DNA of 64,000 nt from an uncultured Acidobacteriota bacterium (lineage in GTDB: Bacteria; Acidobacteriota; UBA6911). Position numbers and translations under genes: made by a program. How positions within the stretch are numbered: position 1 is the stretch's first letter; each line of letters begins with the position of its first letter. The stretch spans positions 256,001-320,000 of the forward strand of contig CAWHCF010000006.1 in NCBI GenBank assembly GCA_963827655.1, given 5' to 3'. The notes under the pieces are model-generated. The model was not told where the DNA came from. It was given only the letters and a program-made list of their open reading frames with translations, and made no database searches. This document shows positions 57,031 to 64,000 of the stretch, piece after piece.

Positions 57031-57283
57031 GAGGCCTGAAAGGCCGACAGAGAGTAGGCCCGGGCGTAAGAGACTGTCTCAAACCTCCCGATCCATGTGC
57101 GGACGGGCTATCAAGCCCGTCCGGCTTCCGAGGGGCACAACTGAATTTGTTAGGTTAGACATACCGATTACGTTACTTGCGACGGTCTCAGATGGCCGGT
57201 CGCCACAGGGTGCTCTAAAGAATGTCTGAGCCGCACTACCAGGGGAACACGGGCGGGCTTACTCACTGACGGGCCTTCGGCCT
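57031..57283. repeat. REP-like element (GGCCTGAAAGGCCGACAG...GGGCCTTCGGCC) containing a ~120-bp MITE-like insert
   Basis: Similar head at 5848-5878; internal gagactgtctcaa (57070) and ttgcgacggtctc (57177-57189) form an 11/13 inverted repeat. Confidence 0.55.
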
Positions 57284-57345
57284 GTGGTCTCGGCACATCA
57301 CATCTATCACCTGGCCACGGAGAATCGAGCTGGAGGGAAGCGTCG

Positions 57346-58314
57346 ATGAAGCCTCACGAGCAAATACCACTTGACGACATCTACGCGGCGCAGAAACGCC
57401 TTGACGGAACGGTAATTCGCACGCCCCTCGTGCGCCTGAACAGCGACCACGCACCCAACGAAATCTATCTCAAGCTGGAAAGCCTGCAGCCCGTTAACTC
57501 CTTCAAGCTGCGGGGCGCGAGCAACGCCATGCTCCTTGCAAGCAACGAGCAGCTCTCTCATGGCGTCTACACAGCCAGCGCCGGCAATGCCGCCCAGGGT
57601 GTGGCCTGGAATGCGCGCCGCCTGGGCATCGCCTGCACGATTGTGGTCCCCGAGCATGCGCCACAAACGAAGCTCGACGCCATAACACGGTTGGGCGCGG
57701 AGATTGTCAGCGTGCCTTACGACCAGTGGTGGCAAGTCCGGGTGGATCATGGCTATGAGCCTCTCGAAGACTGGCTTTACGTCGACCCGGCCAGCGACCC
57801 GGCGGTCATGGCTGGCGACGGCACGATCGGACTGGAAATCCTGGAAGACTTGCCGGACGTGGACGCCATCGTCATCCCCTGGGGGAGCGGCGGGTTGAGC
57901 TGCGGCATCGCTTCCGCAGTCCGAGCCCTCAAGCCTGACACCAGGTTGTTCGCTTGCGAGGTGACTACTGCTGCGCCACTGGCCGCATCATTGGCAGCCG
58001 GGAAACCCCAGCCGGTAGACTACATCCCTTCGTTCGTCGATGGAATTGGCGCAAAAGGCGTCTTGGCGGAAATGTGGCCCCTGGCGAGCAGCTTGCTGGA
58101 CGGCTCGTTGGTGATGGAACTCTCTGAGGCTGCAGGCGCAATTCGTCTGATGGCGGAACGCAACCGGATCATTGCGGAGGGGGCTGGCGCAGTGCCCGTC
58201 GCAGCGGCTCTGGCTGGAAAGGCCGGAGGCGGAAAACTCGCGTGTGTGGTCTCAGGCGGCAACATCGATACCCGCTGCTTGATTCAAATCCTGAACGGGG
58301 ACTTGCCGCTGTAA
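57346..58314 (+). CDS. PLP-dependent threonine/serine dehydratase family protein
   Basis: RTPL, KLESLQPVNSFKLRGA, ASAGNAAQGVA, GSGGLSCG, EGAGA, VSGGNID. Confidence 0.92.
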   Translation: MKPHEQIPLDDIYAAQKRLDGTVIRTPLVRLNSDHAPNEIYLKLESLQPVNSFKLRGASNAMLLASNEQLSHGVYTASAGNAAQGVAWNARRLGIACTIVVPEHAPQTKLDAITRLGAEIVSVPYDQWWQVRVDHGYEPLEDWLYVDPASDPAVMAGDGTIGLEILEDLPDVDAIVIPWGSGGLSCGIASAVRALKPDTRLFACEVTTAAPLAASLAAGKPQPVDYIPSFVDGIGAKGVLAEMWPLASSLLDGSLVMELSEAAGAIRLMAERNRIIAEGAGAVPVAAALAGKAGGGKLACVVSGGNIDTRCLIQILNGDLPL

Positions 58315-58398
58315 AGCGAGTTCAACGCGGCACGTTCGCATTCCCACGAGTCGGTTTGAGCATCTGCTTTTGCCGCCGCCGGCGCTTTACTTCCATCA

Positions 58399-59679
58399 TC
58401 ACGCCGTGGGCGCTGCCGCCTCGAGACCGTGTCCAAGCGGCCCGGTTTCGCGCGCGCGGAGAAGCGCCGAAAACGCAAGCCCCGCCAGGCTCACCAGGGC
58501 GAACATCCAGAGCATCGGCAGGTAACCAGCGGGATTGCTGGCACCCGCTCGGCTCGCGTCGTTCAACGCTCCCGCCGCAATATTCATGACCGAGAGTCCG
58601 ACATTCTGAAGCAAGGTCATCACTCCGTATCCTGTCCCCAGCCGCTTTTCGTCGACCAGGTGTGGAACCGAGGGCCAAAGCACTGCCGGCACGAGCGAGA
58701 ATGCAATTCCCAGGAGCGCGGTCGGGATCCACACGTTCCACCGGGTATAACCCAGGATCATGAAAACCGGTACCAGAGCAAGGGATCCGAGAGCCATGAA
58801 CAGGCTGCGTTTTCCCACCTTGTCGATCAGAAATCCGAACACGGGCGTAGCGAAGATGGCTGCCAGAAACACGTAGCCGTTCATCTCGCCGGCTTTCTCG
58901 AGCGACATTCCATGCGCGTCCTGGAAATACTTGATCGCGAAGGTACTGCGAAAGGGAAATATGACCGAGTAGAACGTGACGCACAGTCCCGCCACGTACC
59001 AATAGGAACGGTCGAAGCGCAAAAGGTCGGACCAGACGATTCTGTCGGCCGGCTGCGGGCGGCCCAGTTTGTAGCGCGGCTCTGCCACGCGCTCCAGGAT
59101 CCAGTACAGGAAAGCCCCGATCAAAGACAAGACGCCGAAGCCTACGCCCATGATCAGAGGCCCGCGCCAGCCCGAGTCGTAAAGTGCTTTCGCCCACGAT
59201 GGCGACAGGTCCGCGGCATAGGACCCTGCGCGCGCGATGCTGACATTCAGAGCGAGGACGAAGGCAAGCTGCCGAAGCTTGAACCATTGCGCCAGCGCCG
59301 TCGTGATCGCCAGGATCATGGATTCGGCGCCGACACCGAAGAGCAATCGCCCGAGGGCCATTGCGCCGAAGTATGGCGTCGCCGCCGTAACAACGGCCCC
59401 AACCAGACAAATTGCCGTAAATCCCACTGTCGCCAGACGGGTGCCGAAGCGGTCGACTAGAATGCCGCCTATGAGGACCATGAATATGTTTGGGATGCTG
59501 TAGATAGCGTTGAGCGTTCCGATCTGGGTGTCGCTGAATCCGAGGTCTCGCTTGAGCGCGCCCGCCAACGGGGCGATCGAATCGTATAGATAGTAGTTCC
59601 CGAACATCGCGATACTCACCGCGATCAGGACCGCCCAGCGGATCGCGGCGGGCGGCGCCAGCTCAGGTGACCGGGCCAT
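58399..59679 (-). CDS. MFS transporter, MFSD1-like
   Basis: About 12 TM segments; FGNYYLYDSIAPL, YSIPNI...GGILVDRFG, GRLLFGVGAES. Confidence 0.88.
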   Translation of the reverse strand: MARSPELAPPAAIRWAVLIAVSIAMFGNYYLYDSIAPLAGALKRDLGFSDTQIGTLNAIYSIPNIFMVLIGGILVDRFGTRLATVGFTAICLVGAVVTAATPYFGAMALGRLLFGVGAESMILAITTALAQWFKLRQLAFVLALNVSIARAGSYAADLSPSWAKALYDSGWRGPLIMGVGFGVLSLIGAFLYWILERVAEPRYKLGRPQPADRIVWSDLLRFDRSYWYVAGLCVTFYSVIFPFRSTFAIKYFQDAHGMSLEKAGEMNGYVFLAAIFATPVFGFLIDKVGKRSLFMALGSLALVPVFMILGYTRWNVWIPTALLGIAFSLVPAVLWPSVPHLVDEKRLGTGYGVMTLLQNVGLSVMNIAAGALNDASRAGASNPAGYLPMLWMFALVSLAGLAFSALLRARETGPLGHGLEAAAPTA

Positions 59680-60009
59680 CAGTGCAGAGCCTTCCTTCAC
59701 CGCGCCTCCAGTTGGCATGCCGCCAGAACGGGTTTTAACGGTGAGGCGGCCCTGTCCGGTTCGAAGGCGCGCGCGCTATCGACGGACGGTGTCAGGATTT
59801 CGCGCATCAGGTTCCACTCCTGTCAAGACATTGGAATCGTTATATCCGATCTCTGAATCCCGCAACCTATAGGACTGGGCGGGCGCTGATACAGCCACGC
59901 CTGCAGACTCAAAGAATTTTTCGGGAAAACGATAAGAGAATAATTGGTAGCCGCTCTTGTATGCAACGGCAATCGGCCATCCCGGTTGCGATGCGCGCGC
60001 GCCTAATCC

Positions 60010-60060
60010 CCCTTGGGCTTCGACAGGAACAACGTCTATACTCCTGTAGAAGCGGAAGGG
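60010..60060. promoter_or_regulatory. Inverted-repeat operator upstream of padR
   Basis: cccttgggcttcgacagga ... tcctgtagaagcggaaggg, 16/19 inverted match. Confidence 0.55.
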
Positions 60061-60064
60061 AAAG

Positions 60065-60220
60065 ATGACAGACCAACGCATAGATCTTCCACAAGGTACC
60101 CTCGATCTCCTCATTCTCAAGACTCTGGCTCATGGGCGGCAGCATGGCTGGGGGATTTCCGAGCGCATTCAGCAGATTTCCAACAGTGTCCTCCAGGTCC
60201 AGCAGGGGTCACTTGGGTAG
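60065..60220 (+). pseudogene. Truncated acidobacterial PadR-family regulator
   Basis: MTDQRIDLPQGTLDLLILKTLAHGRQHGWGISERIQQISNSVLQVQQGSLG*, stopping where GSLYPAL is expected; absent from the ORF track (<60 aa). Confidence 0.85.
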
Positions 60221-60283
60221 AGCGATGACCGGCGCTGTTGCTGCCTGGTGGATCTTGATTTTGCAAACTGAGAGTTTCAGGTT

Positions 60284-61447
60284 ATGAATTCGCATAAGAA
60301 TGGATTCCACGGGTTAGGAATCGCTCCCAAGTTTCTGGACCTGCTTCACAAGAATCACTTCATCACTCCAACGCCGATCCAACGGCAGTCCATCCCGGTC
60401 GCTATCGAAGGTAAGGACATTATTGGCATTGCCCAAACCGGCACCGGCAAAACACTGGCATTTGGAATCCCGATGTTGCAGCGGCTGATTCAGCACGGCG
60501 GCACCGGACTCATCGTGGAACCCACCCGTGAACTCGCATTGCAGGTCGATGGGGCCCTGCAGAAAATTGGCCGTCCGCTTGGTTTGAAAACAGTCGTGCT
60601 CATTGGCGGCGAACCAATTGAGCGTCAGATCCGAGGTCTACAATTAGGCCCGATGGTGCTTATTGCGACACCGGGCCGGCTGATCGACCATTTGCAACGG
60701 AAAACGGTGCGTCTCAATTCCACCCGGATACTGATTCTGGATGAAGCTGACCGGATGCTCGACATGGGCTTTGCCCCTCAGATTACAAGAATCTTGCAAC
60801 ACGTGCCGCAAGACCGGCAAACCTTGTTGTTTTCGGCCACTATGCCGCCGGAAATTGTCACGCTGGCTGCCCGCTATATGCACTTGCCGGTTCGGGTTGA
60901 GGTGGCTCCAGCCGGCACGACAGCAGCGGATGTTACTCACGAACTCTTTTTCGTTGAGAAGAAAGACAAGATCCATGTGCTTGAAAGTCTGCTGGCGGAA
61001 TACCGCGGCAGTATCCTCGTCTTTACCAGGACCAAATTTGATGCAAAGCGAACCGCCCGTCTCATCCGGGCACTGGGCCACCGGGCTGCTGAGCTGCATT
61101 CCAATCGCTCGCTGTCGCAACGCCGCGAGGCCCTGGATGGGTTCAGGCTGGGCAAATACCGGATCCTCGTGGCGACTGACATAGCCGCCCGAGGCATTGA
61201 TGTCAGTGGAATTGAGCTCGTAGTTAATCATGATTTGCCGGCCACAGCCGGGGATTATGTTCACCGCATTGGCCGAACCGGGCGAGCCGGTCTGCCTGGA
61301 CATGCGATATCTTTTGCCATGCCCCATCAGCGGGCAGACGTCAAAGGCATAGAGACGCTGATTCGTATGGCCTTACCGGTCTCGCGCTCGCCCATTCATA
61401 AACGCAATGCGCAGGTGCCCCAATCGTCGCGCCTCAGGAGGCGCTAA
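60284..61447 (+). CDS. DEAD-box RNA helicase (RhlE-like)
   Basis: PTPIQ, AQTGTGKT, PTRELA, TPGRL, DEADRM, SAT, ARGID, HRIGRTGR. Confidence 0.96.
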   Translation: MNSHKNGFHGLGIAPKFLDLLHKNHFITPTPIQRQSIPVAIEGKDIIGIAQTGTGKTLAFGIPMLQRLIQHGGTGLIVEPTRELALQVDGALQKIGRPLGLKTVVLIGGEPIERQIRGLQLGPMVLIATPGRLIDHLQRKTVRLNSTRILILDEADRMLDMGFAPQITRILQHVPQDRQTLLFSATMPPEIVTLAARYMHLPVRVEVAPAGTTAADVTHELFFVEKKDKIHVLESLLAEYRGSILVFTRTKFDAKRTARLIRALGHRAAELHSNRSLSQRREALDGFRLGKYRILVATDIAARGIDVSGIELVVNHDLPATAGDYVHRIGRTGRAGLPGHAISFAMPHQRADVKGIETLIRMALPVSRSPIHKRNAQVPQSSRLRRR

Positions 61448-61465
61448 GCTATTGACAGCAAATAT

Positions 61466-61503
61466 GCCGGGGTGGCGAAACTGGCAGACGCACAGGACTT
61501 AAA
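61466..61503 (+). tRNA. tRNA-Leu (TAA) 5' half only (pseudo-tRNA or att remnant)
   Basis: GCCGGGGTGGCGAAACTGGCAGACGCACAGGACTTAAA matches a tRNA-Leu 5' half up to the anticodon loop; no 3' anticodon strand, T-arm or CCA follows. Confidence 0.8.
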
Positions 61504-61639
61504 CGTCGAAGGCGGCAACTCCGCCAAGCCGTTGCAATTATTAACCCGCCTAACGTTTGTTCTTCGAATTCAACGATTCCGAAATATCTGAGTTCGGATC
61601 ATGATCCTCTGTATCGGTTCCATCAGTGGCAAGCGAACC

Positions 61640-61944
61640 TTCGCGTCCTCGGCATTACGGAGATCAAAACAGTGCCCTATGTGCCAATATCGCATCCGTT
61701 CGTCGAGCGACTGATTGGAACTATTCGTCGCGAGTACCTGGACCGTACCGTGTTTTGGACAGCTGGCGACCTGGAATCGAAGCTATTGGAGTTCAAGGAC
61801 TATTACAATCGACATCGCACTCACGCCAGTCTCGCCGGCAAAACACCGGAAGAAGCTCCTGGCGTCAATGTGTGCGTGACGCTGAAGTCATATAGATGGA
61901 GAGAACATTGTCGCGGATTATTTCAGACGCCCACGGCGGCATAA
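61640..61944 (+). pseudogene. Integrase-core (rve/DDE) transposase C-terminal fragment
   Basis: PFVERLIGTIRREYLD...YYNRHRTHASLAGKTP...CRGLFQTPTAA. Confidence 0.8.
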
Positions 61945-62145
61945 TTACGAACTCGCCATGCACACGCCCGCGAAGGCAGGCCGAGGCACTCGAGGATCGC
62001 CGGATCGCATCCGGTGGATGGATGGCGGCGAGAATCCGCAGGCGCTGACGCGAAGGCGCCCGTTCCGAGCAGATCGTTCCGAGTCGTCAGGTCCCCTTCA
62101 TCTCGCCTGCGGCGAATCGAAGGCTCACTCACGGCGGGCCGCCCA

Positions 62146-62517
62146 CTACGGCACCGCGTCCCAGAGCTTGCTGACAATCCACCATCGCTCGCTGACCTTG
62201 AGCAGGTGGAAATGATCGATCACGGTGCCGTGGTGATCGGTTTCCCGCACAGTCGCGGCGGCGACCCTGTTCGTCACCTCGATCTCGAGCACCTCACAAT
62301 CGAACGGTTCTCCAGTTGCGGCAGGCGCGGGGTTGGCGCTGACCCAGTCATACAGAGCGGCAATCGGCGCGGCAATCAACTCGTCGCCGAGATAGCCGCA
62401 TAGGATCGCCTGCTCGTGAAAGCCTCGCTTCAGCGTCTCGATGTCGCCAGTTCGCATGCCGTCGACGTAGTGTGCGATCGCCTCACGAATCCCTCGCTCT
62501 TCAGACGACTTGTCCAT
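62146..62517 (-). CDS. NTF2-like (lumazine-binding-like) protein
   Basis: IAHYVDGMRTGDIETLKRGFH...IDHFHLLKVSERWWIVSKLW. Confidence 0.8.
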   Translation of the reverse strand: MDKSSEERGIREAIAHYVDGMRTGDIETLKRGFHEQAILCGYLGDELIAAPIAALYDWVSANPAPAATGEPFDCEVLEIEVTNRVAAATVRETDHHGTVIDHFHLLKVSERWWIVSKLWDAVP

Positions 62518-62557
62518 ATTGCTCCTGGGTGTCTCTCGGTGGAATGGCCGTGACCAG

Positions 62558-64000
62558 TCACGGCAGGTTCATCTTCTGCAGCAACGCCGTGACCCGCGGG
62601 TCGTCGGCGAGGCGGCGCAGGGGATCGCCATCCGCGGCGCCGGCAATTTCTCCCCGGAGGAACACCATCTCGCCATTTCGCTCCGCGAACGCCGTTTCGA
62701 GCCATTCAATCGCCTTCGCGGTGTCCCCGACGCGGCTGTAGACGCGCGCCAGACAGATGGCCGGCACGTACTGTTGCCGCCGCACCTCGAGCAACCGATG
62801 CAGGATCTCGGCCGCGTCGTCGTCTCTTCCCGCGAGACTGCAGGCCGAGGCCAGGTCCGCGACGACGATGTGGTGGCCGCCGAGCGACACGGCGGTCTTC
62901 AGCTGCTCGACGGCTCTGTCGAATTCGCCGCTGCTCAGATGGATGGCGCCCTGCAACCAGTAAGCGCCGTAGAAGTCAGGGTCACTCTCGATCATCTTCG
63001 CGGCTTGCGCTGACGCCTCGGCCAACATCCCCGCCGCAAAGTAGGTCCATCCGCCATTCATGTTGATGAGCGGCGCGAGCGGATCCAGTGTGAGCGCTTT
63101 CCTGTTCAGCCTGATGGCCTCGTCGAAGCGTCCGACAAAGGCGAGGAACATCGCGTAGTAGGACAGCGCCTCGGCGTTGTTCGGATTGAGGGTGATGGAC
63201 TGCTTGAACTCCTGCTCTGCTCGCTGCCAGTCCCACTCGTAGAAGAACGTGATCATGGCCAGCGACAGATACGCGTCCGCCAGACCTCCGTCAATCGCCA
63301 ACGCCTGGCTGCTGGCGGCCTTGCTCTGCGGAACCGTCTGTTCAGCGGGGAGAATGCCGAAGAACCACTGACATCCGCGCGACGCCGCAATCGCGGCGTA
63401 GGCCAACGCGTAGTCGGGCTGTTTCTCGATCGCCTTCTCGAAGAACTCGATCGCCCGCTTCCAGCCCTGAGCCGTGTATTTGTACGAGTGGTACCGGCCT
63501 TTCAAGAACAGCTCGTAGGCCTCGGCGTCCTCCGTGTAACGCCTCAGCACCGCCGCCTTCTCATCGCCGAACAGCGTCACTTTCAGCGCCTCGACGACGG
63601 CGAGGGTGATGTCGTCCTGGAGCGCGAAGATGTCGCGCATCTCGCGGTCATAGCGTTCGGACCACAGTTGGTAGCCGTCCGCGGCGTTGATCAACTGCAC
63701 CGAGATGCGCACACGATTGCCCGATCGTCGGACGCTGCCCTCGACGACGTTGTTGACGCCCAGCGTCGTGGCGATCGCGCTGACGGTCGCGCTCTTGCCT
63801 TTGAACGAAAACGCCGACGTTCGTGCGGCGACCTTCAACGCGTCAATCTTGGAGAGCGCGTTCAACAGCTCTTCCGCCAGGCCGTCACAGAAATACTCGT
63901 CGTCTTCGTTCGCACTCATGTTGACGAACGGCAGCACGGCAACGGATTGCACTTTGTTGCGGTCCGACTGCGAGCCGGCGATGGCGGTGATGCCGACTTG
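62558..64000 (-). CDS. TolB-like/TPR domain protein, C-terminal part (probably a kinase or cyclase fusion; 5' end outside window)
   Basis: SVAVLPFVNMS...EYFCDGLAEELLNAL, VAARTSAFSFKGK, EGSVRRSG, EAYELFLKGR, TPR repeats. Confidence 0.88.
   Translation of the reverse strand, partial: QVGITAIAGSQSDRNKVQSVAVLPFVNMSANEDDEYFCDGLAEELLNALSKIDALKVAARTSAFSFKGKSATVSAIATTLGVNNVVEGSVRRSGNRVRISVQLINAADGYQLWSERYDREMRDIFALQDDITLAVVEALKVTLFGDEKAAVLRRYTEDAEAYELFLKGRYHSYKYTAQGWKRAIEFFEKAIEKQPDYALAYAAIAASRGCQWFFGILPAEQTVPQSKAASSQALAIDGGLADAYLSLAMITFFYEWDWQRAEQEFKQSITLNPNNAEALSYYAMFLAFVGRFDEAIRLNRKALTLDPLAPLINMNGGWTYFAAGMLAEASAQAAKMIESDPDFYGAYWLQGAIHLSSGEFDRAVEQLKTAVSLGGHHIVVADLASACSLAGRDDDAAEILHRLLEVRRQQYVPAICLARVYSRVGDTAKAIEWLETAFAERNGEMVFLRGEIAGAADGDPLRRLADDPRVTALLQKMNLP

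Noticed and set aside
61503-61640. Group I intron in tRNA-Leu(UAA), as in cyanobacteria
   Set aside because: The break lies after the anticodon rather than within it, no P/Q/R/S core motifs were recognised, and no 3' exon follows

Overview
GC-rich bacterial chromosome segment, probably Acidobacteriota (inferred from the ADOP-type ABC permease, acidobacterial PadR, Oar-like TonB-dependent receptor, ECF/Ser-Thr kinase pair and multiheme-TPR protein). Bases 1-11.4 kb are core genome: smc end, purC, cvpA, CIRCE-groES-groEL, ArnT-like glycosyltransferase, cysS, class III aminotransferase, yraN and tRNA-Gly. The rest is accessory. An ~8.9 kb island with no integrase sits in tRNA-Gly, bounded by a degenerate attR, arm-like repeats and an IHF site, and carries an ECF43-like sigma/kinase pair divergent from two secreted proteases. 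After tRNA-Cys come an orphan antitoxin, an Omp85 barrel paired with a secreted kinase-fold protein, a CheB/CheR-hybrid kinase signalling cluster, TonB/hydrolase/multiheme genes, catabolic genes, a DEAD-box helicase and a 5'-half tRNA-Leu(UAA). Many genes, including groEL, carry single-base indels that look like long-read assembly errors. No CRISPR array or rRNA was seen. All family calls come from motif recognition by eye; no database searches were run.
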